A stretch of 62,268 nt of DNA, the filler included, from Diploschistes diacapsis (taxonomy: Eukaryota), in the NCBI GenBank assembly GCA_023645945.1. It is 5 parts of 5 records of this genome, joined end to end, with 100 filler letters (N's around TTAATTAATTAA, not from the genome) between each part and the next. Parts side by side here need not be neighbours in the genome. Positions count along the whole stretch, not along the records: positions 24,965 to 37,341 come from JALAIB010000751.1; positions 37,442 to 49,806 come from JALAIB010000752.1; 3 more parts are not named here. The stretch is one strand, 5' to 3'. Shown here in pieces: positions 27,303 to 37,766 of this stretch. The notes below the pieces were generated by a model that did not search any database, was not told the DNA's origin, and saw only the letters and a list, made by a program, of their open reading frames with translations. Made by a program: the position numbers and the translations under genes. How positions within the stretch are numbered: position 1 is the stretch's first letter; each line of letters starts with the position of its first letter.

Positions 27303-27998
27303 AATTAATCTTTTAGTTCGTAAGCGAGGAGATAGGCTATATTATGTATTTACGGACTCGATTTCTCTTCGCAGATATACAATCGCGCTGTGATCGCAAG
27401 TGAAATAACAAAACGAGGCCAGGACTTGTACATAACCCGAGCCAACTTCACACAAATAAACTGCGTTTCTCTCTATCATACCTTGCAAGTACATGTGGAT
27501 AACTATCGACGTCCAGTTCCTTTAGGTGCCTCCATAAAAATCTCTCCCTCAACCGAGCTAAAGGATCGACATAGATTGGCTTTTGGGCTTTAAGCTTTAT
27601 ATTCTTCGCAGTGAACGAGCTCGATTCCCTCCCTAAACCGGACCAACTCAGCATCCTCTTTAATGCCACTTATTATACCTTGACTTTTATTCTGCAGATT
27701 GCCTTACGATTCTGCTAGCGTTTTCGAAGTGTTTCTATCCTAAGGCCTCCACCAGGATGCTGTCGGTGCGTTGAACTGATATTCAAGATGTCTTGAAAAT
27801 ATCCGGCAAAGATAAACCGTGGGCTTGCAGCTTAGAGACCTGACTATAGCAAGATCCGAGCGATTCTGGCATTGTAGCGTCTAGGACATGTATGTCTTAC
27901 AATTCATGAGGTTATTTGATAGCTAATAGCTGCAGCCCTAGAATCATTACATTTCCGTGATATTTGCCGGGCTGCACCCAAGCACATGTAATAACTCC

Positions 27999-29489
27999 TC
28001 ATATAATATTAGCCAGTGCGCTTTCGTATCGTTTGCGTCGTCGCAACCCCAGCATAAACATTGCTGCCACAAAATACGATAGGGCGGCAAAAATTTGTGG
28101 GTAAAGGTAAGGGCGTTCTGAGCTTGGTCGTCGCAGCTTGAGTGCGATGACTTCCGAACCTGAAAACCAAGTTCAATTCCATATACTTTGAGTGGTCTCT
28201 TGGGGCTGCAACTATAACATACATGTCGTAGGTATAATTATTGCAATCCAGGAGAGCGATAAAAGCGACTGTAATTCTTTGAGTCCCGCCACTTCAACAC
28301 ATAGTGGTCCGATCGTCTACCTTGTGTTAGTAAACCTCGTAGGTAACAGTCGGGAATCATTTACCATCCAGAATACGCCCAGGGTTGCTCCACAGATGAT
28401 AGAAAAGAAGACTGTGAGTCCGTAGGAGGTCGCCGGTATCCAGAAGGCAATGCATGACAGACCACAAGTGACTGTAATCACGGCAGCTGTATCGATTCGG
28501 CTGAAGCGATCACTCAAAGTGCCGATTATGGGTCTCCCAACTGCTGTTCCCAGGTTTAGGAAACCCGCAATGTTCGTTGCTTGCGCCTGCGATAAGCCAA
28601 TTGAGGTCGCAAAATCCGGCAAAGAGAACAGAAGGATAACGTATCCGAGCATGCTGCCAAATGACCAAGCAAGTAGCAGCGCGACGTCTACACGGCAAAG
28701 AAGTCTTATGTCGAAGGCAAGCTGCGGTGGCCTCACGATATCGTTGCGATGACGTATAAGCAGAACAGCAAGAAAGTTTGCAATTAGCGTTATCAGGCCT
28801 GTTGCTCTGAGCGTCCAGCCAAGGCCAATCCTCTTCAGCATCAGCTCAGTTATCCAAGAAAATAGCATGCCGCCAAACCCCGAACCCGATGCGCTAAGTC
28901 CATTTGCCAAACTTCTCCGCGTCGTAAACCATTGTGAGATAATTGGTAGACTTGGTATGTAGATGAAACCAATCCCACCGCCGGTCAAGACGCCTTGCGA
29001 GAGATACAATTGCCATATCTGAGAGGAGAACGATGCTGTAATAAAGCCTGCCGTCTGGAGCAAAATGCCAGCAGCCATGACAGGCCGTGGCCCGCACAAA
29101 CGTGCGAGGTATGTCGCTATTGGTGCCACTACCATCGCAATAGAAAAATTAAGCCCGCCAATAAATGCGAAATCCATATCTGAGGCATTTGGATAGGTTT
29201 GGTGAGAAAGGTAGTATGAGAGGTAGACACCATATGACTAGATCGTAGCACTCTTTGTCAGTGGAGGCCAAGAATTGTACAACTACGTAGTGGTAGGACC
29301 TACCGAAACACCACCCCATGTGAAAGCATTGAATATCCAACAAGCAGCAACACAGACCCAACCATACCCACCGTTTAGTTCAATGTCGTCAACTTCGTGC
29401 ATCGAAAGCTCTATTGAACGACCTTGGTTGGGGTTCGAGGATTGTTGGACAGGATCTCGATTTATAGAACTTTGCGCCATCGCGTTCAT
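27999..29489 (-). CDS. MFS transporter, monocarboxylate-transporter (MCH/MCT-like) family, 3 introns
   Basis: GGYGWVCVAACWIFNAFTWG, SYGVYLSYY, FAFIGGLNFS, QWFTTRRSLANGLSASGSGFGG, GRPIIGTLSDRFSR; many hydrophobic helices. Last exon SEVIALKLRRP...YPQIFAALSY ends at TGA 28001-27999. Confidence 0.88.
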
Positions 29490-29722
29490 AAACGATCGTA
29501 CAACTCAAGCCCGCTCGGGTTCGGTCAGAAATGTAGGCACATAAAGTTCTTACTAATTTCAACATTGTGGTCCTGCAGAAATCGCGGAATACGGTCGGCC
29601 GTACTAGCTATCGTGTTTTAATAAATAAGCCTTATTGGCTTTGTAGCGACCCTTATACGCCCGAATCTCGCGGCCGTAAGTTAATTATATCGAGCGAGGA
29701 TCTTAGAAAGATAGGAAATATC

Positions 29723-30476
29723 TGTTGTGTGTCAGGGGCCGGATCTAGACTAGTGCCGAATCAGATGCCAAGGACTGCCCGAATCCCAAAAGAACTTCAG
29801 GGAAGCATGATAAACCGGTAAGATGAAGGAAACGGGGGGAAGCAAGGAAGGATAGGAGAAATTAGGGATGGTACCGAATCAAGGAGAAAGGCATAGAATC
29901 GCCGAAGGGGAAGATAAGAAGGATAGAAAGGAAAACCTAGAATGGCCATCGAATAGTTTGATATTAGAAAGAGGCATACGTTTTGAACGGGAATTCTAAT
30001 TCATCTCTTTACCTGCCGAATCTTAGGCCGAATCTGATATCCCCCGACTTCTTCTATTCGCCTATACCGAGCCCCCGTCCTGCCGAATCAGCCAGCGAGG
30101 TCTGACTACTAGGCGCCGACTTCTGACATTGTGATCACGGAACGAAGGTCGGGCCGGTCCTCGGATCAGCCCTGCTGTGGCTTAGTTCCTCCGCTCCCCG
30201 AACCTCACTGAGTCGCACCACATCCAGGAGCCGAAGGCTCAGGGGGCTTAGAGAGCTTAGGAAGCTCAGTCGACTGAGTCGACTGAGTCAACTGAGCACC
30301 TTAGTATATATAGAACGAACTCTTGCCCTTATGGCATGTATCTACTGATTGCTCACCCTTTGTTACTAGAACCTTTGTCCCAAGATATCACGTGACCCTT
30401 ACCCACTCATATCGAGAAGCCTACCTCGAAGGCATCCCGTTGGTAGCATACCTCCAAGGAAGATAGACTCGCAACA
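29723..30476. mobile_element. Outer solo LTR (~350 bp of its own sequence), interrupted by the inner LTR
   Basis: Reconstructed termini TGTTGTGA...TCGCAACA (7/8 inverted match). Perfect 5-bp TSD ATATC at 29718-29722 and 30477-30481. TATA-like tatatata near 30306; tandem ACTGAGTCG subrepeats at ~30273-30296. Confidence 0.85.
29730..30128. mobile_element. Inner solo LTR (399 bp)
   Basis: Perfect inverted termini TGTCAG...CTGACA; perfect 5-bp TSD TTGTG at 29725-29729 and 30129-30133. Confidence 0.9.
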
Positions 30477-30726
30477 ATATCGAGACATAAGAGTTTAAAA
30501 AGATTCAACTTCCTCGGTTATAGTATTTATTCTATTAACAGCTGAATTTAATTATAAAAGAAAGGACATTCTATAAAAGATATTTAGGCAGTATAAGTAA
30601 GCTTCTACATATACCGCTCTAGACGCCGTATATTCGGCCTAATAAACGTATAAGCGACCTATTCAATTAGATTTTACAGAGATAGAAAGCTTTAATAAGC
30701 TAAAAAAGCTACTTATCGATCTTATG

Positions 30727-31910
30727 TGTAGTAGTTGGTGGGTGTGTGTAGTGTATTGAATTGAATGATGATTGTGATGATGATGATGGCTAGCCAGGTG
30801 GGCTAGCGAGCACTATATAGCCATTGTGGGCAGCATCGTCATAGATGCTACAGCAGCGACGTCAGCTATGCCAATATAATATCCCCCTAGCAATATTGCT
30901 TATGCCCTGATAAGCAAATGACTAGCATCTACCCCCTTAATAAAAAGCTCGACACATGATAACTCCAAAAACACTTTTGCCCCATAGTAAATTCAAAGCC
31001 AAAAGAAGCTCAACATAATGCTTCAAATAGACCCTAAATAACGTCCTTAAGCAGTCTTCATAACCTGCTCTATTGTATGCCCAAACCCTTGCTCTTTCTC
31101 GATGTCGAAGCTGTCGGTAGGAGTTCCAGCTTCCTATAATAGGTTTAATGGCAGATAAGAAAGCATTCGGATGCTCAGGGTTCGAAGATACTATTCGTAG
31201 GAGTCGTAGATTGATGTTGCGAATGTAGATAAGACAGCCCGCTGTTCGTAGGAGTTCCGGCTCCCATAATAGATTCGGCGGAGAGAGAGAAGACAGAAGA
31301 ATGGGTGACTGAAGTTTGTAAAGACAGACGAAAGCGTTGAAAAGGAAGGCAAGCCAGTACCCCAGGATTCCAGGATCCAGCTAGATCTTGGTGGCAGGAG
31401 GGAAGAAAGGCGAATGGTGATCTGGCTGATGTCTAATAGCTGCTCCAGGCAGGTGTTCGAGATACTGGATCTTGTTATTCCAAGGCATTCTCTCCTTTCA
31501 TAGATATTTGGTAGGGAAAGGGAAGGTCCGAGAACACGCTGACTGACTAGCAGAGAGCTGTTCTATGAGATTCCATTCCTAGGCCAAATTTGCTAGGTAA
31601 GAAGAGAATAAAGGAATGATTATCTATAGCTGTAGTTCTGAACTAAAGCTTGGGAGGACCTATCCTGAAAACCACAAATCCTCATACAAAATTGTATGAT
31701 GCTCCGAATGGTGGCTAAAAAGCTCTTTTTTGGACCCAAAATGGGACTGTAACAGCGGGGGTAGTGCCTAATAGGTAGCACTATCCCACTGAGCCAAAAG
31801 ACTAACCACAATGCTTTCAGGAACCCCGAAGCATTGTTTCCCTATTACACTATATGTAGGTGCGTGGCTGTGGCAGCCGAGGCAGATGTGTAACCCCGCA
31901 GGCCTTACAT
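30727..31910 (-). mobile_element. Truncated LTR-retroelement 3' remnant: ~200-bp LTR (30727-30927), polypurine tract and non-coding internal sequence
   Basis: On the minus strand, purine tract AAGGGGGTAGA is followed directly by TGCTAGT, and the segment ends ...ACTACA. About 31-bp imperfect direct repeats at ~31110-31141 and ~31241-31271. AT-rich RIP-like DNA on both flanks. No matching 5' LTR or TSD found. Confidence 0.5.
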
Positions 31911-32415
31911 TTAGACTAATAAGTTCCGTTAAGAAATCAGTACATACGTATATCTATAAAAGTGTCAGTTAATGATTATTAAAACGTAATATAACGGCTA
32001 TAGTAAGTCACGTTAATTTCTTTGAAATTAATATGCAAGACCAGGTAACGTATGACTTTATCCCGAAATTCTATTTATAGACGTTAATAGTCACGATAAG
32101 ATACGAAATTCCTATAACGTCTTGCTTATATAAAATGTTTTAATAATAACTATGGTCTTCAACTAACAATACAGGGTTCATCCAGGGATTAGCCGTCTCG
32201 CGGGACGTTAGGGCGGCGCTCACCCTAATCCATAAGGGGAGCGACGCAGATTTCTGTCCCCTTGGCTTCAAGATCTGCTCACACCATTCGCACAGTGGTG
32301 CTCAAATAGTGGAGGACCTGCTGCGCCTTCGAACAGTTCTACCGCCGCGAACTGGGTTCACTCTTGCGGAAGTGGTCAGAAACGAATTTGTTGATCGAGG
32401 TTCATACAACCGTTT

Positions 32416-33007
32416 TCAGCTCTGCGGATTTCTCAAAGCCGGATGCTCCTGTAACCTCGATCCCGAGCCATCATCATCGGTCGTCCCTGGCCCATGCCTT
32501 CCGCTCTGGTAGAACGTGCCTGGTCCCGAGTACTATGCCAGAGAAATAAGTTCCCGTCCCGTCTTGACTAGGAAACTAACTTACCAATGGCGGCGGCTGA
32601 TAGGTTCCTGGCCCCATCTTCGTTCCATGCGCGTTTGGCTCTGTTCCGTTATTGCCCACCTGCTCCGTTGGTCCGAATTGCGCAGTCGTCTGCCCGGGCC
32701 ACCTCCTCTCGTTTCCATAGGGGCCCGCCCCTCCCCGGTTGTCCGTTCCATTGTAGTTTGAATTATAAGGGGCAGAGTAGTTGTAGTCTGTTGACGTCGT
32801 GTATCTGTAGGGGCGGCCGTACCAGCCCCAGCCGTATTTGAAACGCAGAACGATGACAAGCACGATGATCAGAAGGAAAACGAGAGCAAAGACAATGCCG
32901 CCTATAAGGGCGCCTGCAGGGGGTTGGCCATCGTTGTAAAAATTCTGGCGTTTGGCGAGGGTATGGATTGTGGCGGAGAGAGAAGAGAGAGCGGGGAGTG
33001 GCGCCAT
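32416..33007 (-). CDS. Small single-pass membrane protein with Tyr/Pro-rich cytosolic tail and PPxY motif (Rcr1-like Rsp5-adaptor architecture); intron 32533-32584
   Basis: Short luminal N-terminus with KR, TM ALIGGIVFALVFLLIIVLVIVL, basic stop RFK. Splicing GTAAGT...CATAG gives YQPPPL/YSGPG...NPQS*. Confidence 0.7.
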
Positions 33008-33996
33008 TGCCGTGGCTTATTGGAGATGTTGCGACAAGAAATGTGGTTTTCGAGGAATCTTGACGCTGCGATGGTGGTTATGCTTGTAGTTCGGTGCAGG
33101 CTCTTGCTTTTGTGCTTTTTCAATAATCCACGGACTGGGCAACGAAACGCAAAACACAGAGAAGATAGAGGAGAAGCCTGTCATAGATTTGTAGCGCCCG
33201 TCAAAAGTCCAAGCCAAGGGGGCTTTAACAAACCTTCCCAGGAATCTGTAATCATCCTCGGCCGCCTAGAGTGGCGCTTCGTTCTTACCAGCGTAAAAGT
33301 ACCAAGTCAGGCGCAAGGGAAGCGTGTTCCAAAGCGTGGTAAGATGGTACAAAGCACATTGTGGCCAACAACAAAGGCCTAATAATGGTTATTCATTTTC
33401 CGCAGTCGCCTCAGCCTCGATCCTTCGAAGTTTCCGTTGCTTGGGACAGGGCTGACGCTGCTTGGTAGCAGGGTTGGGGGGAGGGTTTTTTTTATGCAAC
33501 TCTTCAACGATACCCAGATATCAGCGTGAAGAGGCTTCCTGCAGTGAATAGATTCAACAGATATCCTGATACACTAGGAACTGGACGTGGTTCAAGGCTT
33601 TGCACAGGAAGTGAGTGCCCTTCACCATCGACAACGAAGGTTCCCAGCTTTTGGGTGCATGTGGGCTCCCGTACGTGCGAAGGAAGGGTATGGTACAGAT
33701 TCAGAACCTCGGAGGCTTATCTTGAATGTGGGCAATTTTTGGGTTTAATATATTCTGTTTTTGGTTCCTAGCCTGCGTGTATCTCTGTACAGGGTAAACA
33801 AAGCTTGCAAGGCAAGAGAAGCAAGCCAGTCTCTAAGCCAATGCGTTACGGGTGGTATCGGTATGTGGCGGACACTGATGACTGATCGGATTCCAAAACG
33901 CTGCGATTGACCCCATATGCCCCTAATCGATAATACGCCATTGCATCCATTTCCCACCGGTCCATCCATGCCCTTGACGCCACGCTATAGAAATAT

Positions 33997-35358
33997 TCAA
34001 GGAGGCTGCGAGTTGCTGCTCTCGCCCTGCTGAAACGGATTAGACACAGGTAAAGGACTTAGCTCCCCCAGCTCTCCCGCATCGTAGTCCTCTATGTTTG
34101 AGTAACTGTAACCGGGCGGGCTTTCCGGCACTTCATCGTACAGCGGCGGTTGCTCCTCGTCCCAGCTTATCCCCTGACCCTGGCGCTCCGTAACGAAAAC
34201 AGTAAAGGCCATGCGCAAGACCCTCGCAGAACTGGTCGCATTCCATGATGTGGTACTCTTCGAGCTAAGCACTTCTTCGACGACGATGAGCTCCAGGGTG
34301 ATCCTGTGCTGGACCGCGAAACTCGTGGGGTGCGAGACGTCGCAGACCGGCTTGGCGTTCAGGTTGATGCTGCACGGGAACTCGATCATAGTGTTGCCTC
34401 CGCCCTCGAGAGCAAAGTCGCTCTTCCAGCCCTCCTTGAGCTCGCCGAAGCCAATAGTTCTAGTGTCCAGGTGCTCGATGCCCTTGCCCTCGCCTCCGAC
34501 CTTTTGCACGTGCTTCACACAGGGCTTGGAAACCATTTTCGAGCATTCCTCAAGGCGCCACAGTAGCCTTCGTAGACGCCAGCGGCGTACAAGCTCCTTT
34601 TCCTTTGAGACTATCCCGTTGAGACTGAGCATGACTTTGAATTCACCGATGGGATGAATGACCGGCGGATAGGCGACCTCGACTCGCAGATTTGTCGGAG
34701 GGAAAAGTCTGATGGCGGATCGGTCCATTTCAGGTGGGAAAATTGAGCGTTTCAGATCCAACGCGTGTGAGATTTTCATCTTCTCCTGCGACGTAGAGAC
34801 AGCCACGGCGGTCAAAACATAGTCCATGGAGCCTAGAGAGTTGTGCGTGGTTGCTGGAAGATGACCTTCGAGCAGGTATGAGAATGGGGTGCTGTGGGTA
34901 CCCTTCTCGAAAGCCTTTGGGTCGGAAATGATCTTCCATTTCTTGAGTTCTTTGGCGTTGACTTGGCAATCAGAACAGTCCTTGGAGACCGGTTTGGCAT
35001 ACTTGAGTTTGGCGACCAGCTCGAGCTCGAATTTCTCCAACCTCACAGGCTGGTCCGTGACATGCAGCTTCAGCTGTCCAGACAAGAGAGCGCCGGTCGA
35101 GTGCTCCGGAGTCCCGTAGGAGACAAGCGGAGGCGACTCCATTGAGATCTCGAGCTTGGCAGACCTGGGCTTCATGCTCTCCTCGGTCAAGCTCTTTCTT
35201 TTCTCCTTCTCCTTGTTGATCTGGTGCTTGATGAAGTCCATTGCGCCGCTCGATGTCCGAGATGGGCTGACTGAGGATTCCTTGCGTGACCCAGACTCCT
35301 TTGCAGCAGTTGTTCGGCCTAGCAGGCCGCCGGCAGAAGCCGGCGCATAGTGTGGCAT
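33997..35358 (-). CDS. LDB19: Alpha-arrestin, Ldb19/Art1 family Rsp5 adaptor
   Basis: MESPPLVSYGTPEHSTGALLSGQLKL, PFSYLLEGHLPAT, RLFPPTNL, WRLRRLLWRLEE, ARVLRM, GISWDEEQPPLY and PPGY PY motifs. First ATG (MPHYAP) at 35358. Confidence 0.88.
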   Translation of the reverse strand: MPHYAPASAGGLLGRTTAAKESGSRKESSVSPSRTSSGAMDFIKHQINKEKEKRKSLTEESMKPRSAKLEISMESPPLVSYGTPEHSTGALLSGQLKLHVTDQPVRLEKFELELVAKLKYAKPVSKDCSDCQVNAKELKKWKIISDPKAFEKGTHSTPFSYLLEGHLPATTHNSLGSMDYVLTAVAVSTSQEKMKISHALDLKRSIFPPEMDRSAIRLFPPTNLRVEVAYPPVIHPIGEFKVMLSLNGIVSKEKELVRRWRLRRLLWRLEECSKMVSKPCVKHVQKVGGEGKGIEHLDTRTIGFGELKEGWKSDFALEGGGNTMIEFPCSINLNAKPVCDVSHPTSFAVQHRITLELIVVEEVLSSKSTTSWNATSSARVLRMAFTVFVTERQGQGISWDEEQPPLYDEVPESPPGYSYSNIEDYDAGELGELSPLPVSNPFQQGESSNSQPP

Positions 35359-36462
35359 GCCTGGCAAGTACTTATGGCGGAAGTCGCGACACTGCTCTAT
35401 CAGAATGATGAAAGCACTGGATCTTCTTTCCAATTTGAATGTGAAGCTATTCGGTTGTCCCCTTCACGAAAAGCTCTGGTGGTAATACAGTTGCGATTGT
35501 AGCTCCAACGCACAATACATGATTCGACGGAAGCTGCTATTCGCAACCATGTGAATGACGGCTACGAGAGTAATGAAAATTTCAAATGTGTTCAAAGCGC
35601 TCGAGTTCCACGAACCAGTGGTCTATAAAAAGCAGCGGTTATTCCCTTTGTTCCTACACCACCAAAGGAGACAGACAGGACTCGATGCCTCTAAAGGCAA
35701 TTGGATCCTAAACCAACGTAATGGAGGAAAACTTCCGTCGTCGAGACCACTCCAACCAATAGAAAACAGAGGAGGAACGTTGGTCTCTGACAAAGCGTGC
35801 AGTGTTGTATGGGATATGGTATACACTGAACTGCTAGCTTGCCGACTGTCATTGGGCCGTAGTATAGGTTGAAAATTGTAGTTTGCACTAAGGATTGAGC
35901 GTATCTATCTGATCGCTTCAGGGCACCCACCACACATCATCTGACCTCCTCCTACTCATTATTTCTTCTGTCTTCCTCAAGTAAGACACGTCAGTCAACA
36001 TCCTTGTGTGCCTGCCACAGCGACAGTGCAAATGGCTGGCTGGACTGGCAGTTGCAAAGTCTCCATGACGGGCGGCTTCATATGCGATCACCCTATCTGA
36101 GTTGATTAATATAACTCTACAATGTATGAGGGGCGCCTCAGAAGAAAGCTTCCACACAACCTCAGGGATCAAAAACGTGCTGAGCAGCCACTCTCGAGTC
36201 CCTTTGCGGGGTCGGACTGCGCCATTAAAATCATGTCGGTGGAGTCTGGGTAGTGTTTCTTAGTGTACATCTCCTCGGTATGTGCAAACCCCGTCCTTTG
36301 ACAGCTGATCCGGCATTGAGCGACAGATATATTTATTGTACATGTCATTAGAGAAACAAGACACCATGACAGCGCCTGAGAACAACCCGCACTTGAAGCA
36401 GGGAACCATGGTATCGCGGTGAAGAATAATAACGTCAAGCCCCGCCAAGTCATGCTCCTACC

Positions 36463-37341
36463 TCATGAGTATGTCGCCGTCAGCCTTTGTACCAGATACT
36501 CCTCCGTCAACACGCCAGGGAACTTCTTCTCGCCAAGTTCTCCGCCGTATGTCCCCGGAATTGCCTCGATCAGCTTATCGTAGTCTGGACTGCAGAAGTA
36601 GGCAATACTGTACCTCGCCGGATACTCCTCTGCCCCACCCGCGAGCTCCGCCGGCGGCTCGACAACCCTGTGCCTCGTGCTCCTGATCCGCCCATTGCTC
36701 CACCTCGCCAACAAATCTCCCGCGTTGACAACCACCGTGTCCTCCATGGGCACCACATCCTTCCACCCCCCATCATCCCCCTGCACCTGCAAACCCCCGT
36801 GCCCATCTTGCCAAAGCAACGTCACAGTCCCATAATCCGTATGCGCCCCCGCCCTAACCTGGCCCCTATTCCGCTCAAATACCTCCCTCGCGACGGGCGG
36901 GTAGTGCAGCAAACGCAGATTATTATCCCCCTTAACCACATACCCGTCGAAGTAGTCCTCCCCTAGCCCCAGCCCTAGCGCAATAGCCGACATGACCAAC
37001 CGATGCACCTCCTTGCACTTCCCGTAGAACCCCAGCATCGCTTCCTTAAACTCCCTCCCCTCCTCATCCTCCGGAAAATCCGGCCACCGATTCGGCAAGC
37101 CCGCCACCCCCTCGCGCCCGATCTCGATGCTCTCTTTCAGATCCGGGTTGCCCGCGCGCTCCTTGGTGACTTCATCCGCCGTTAGGCTCTGACTGACCTT
37201 CTCGCGGCCCTGCCGCACGTACCCGCGGTTGGCGAGCGGCGTGGTCCATGCGAGGGAGTCTTTTTGGGACTGGGGCCGCGCGAAGAATGCCACCGAGTGG
37301 GAGAAGATAGTGGAGATGGTGGAAGGGGGGATGGTGGGGAG
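36463..37341 (-). CDS. 2-oxoglutarate/Fe(II) dioxygenase (IPNS/thymine-dioxygenase-like), 5' end cut off by the contig end
   Basis: NRGY, PDLKESIEIG, LRLLHYPP, RAGAHTDYG (HxD), VVNAGDLLARWSN, STRHRV (distal H), RYSIAYF (RxS). Confidence 0.9.
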   Translation of the reverse strand, partial: LPTIPPSTISTIFSHSVAFFARPQSQKDSLAWTTPLANRGYVRQGREKVSQSLTADEVTKERAGNPDLKESIEIGREGVAGLPNRWPDFPEDEEGREFKEAMLGFYGKCKEVHRLVMSAIALGLGLGEDYFDGYVVKGDNNLRLLHYPPVAREVFERNRGQVRAGAHTDYGTVTLLWQDGHGGLQVQGDDGGWKDVVPMEDTVVVNAGDLLARWSNGRIRSTRHRVVEPPAELAGGAEEYPARYSIAYFCSPDYDKLIEAIPGTYGGELGEKKFPGVLTEEYLVQRLTATYS

Positions 37342-37441
37342 NNNNNNNNNNNNNNNNNNNNNNNNNNNNNNNNNNNNNNNNNNNNTTAATTAATTAANNN
37401 NNNNNNNNNNNNNNNNNNNNNNNNNNNNNNNNNNNNNNNNN
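37342..37441. other. Artificial contig linker N44-TTAATTAATTAA-N44
   Basis: Identical 100-bp spacer. Confidence 0.99.
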
Positions 37442-37620
37442 ATTTATTATTTAATATAATTTTAATTTTTAATTTTTTATATATTAAAATTTTAAATTAT
37501 AATTATAATTTTAATTTATATATAAATTTATTAATAAATCTAAATATTTATACTAAAGGTGGCTTCTTTACTTACGCTACCGCTAAAATTTATGATCGTT
37601 AATATTTCGGTCAGAATAAC
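37442..37620. repeat. AT-rich, RIP-like sequence at contig edge
   Basis: About 110 bp almost purely A/T, grading into normal composition. Confidence 0.65.
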
Positions 37621-37766
37621 TACGCCCTGTAAAAGGAGCCAGCTGCATTCGCGCAAGTGCAATCCAGCTATCCCAAACAAAGGTTAGTAGTGGTGCAGCT
37701 CGGACGAATGTAAAAAAGCGGACATCGAGGCCTCATGCTTTGCTCATCATCTAACACGTCCTGGAA

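Noticed and set aside
27360..27960. Possible additional gene relic between acr2 and the MFS gene
   Set aside because: Short ORFs on both strands but nothing recognisable as Acr3, ArsM or a regulator; blastx would be needed.
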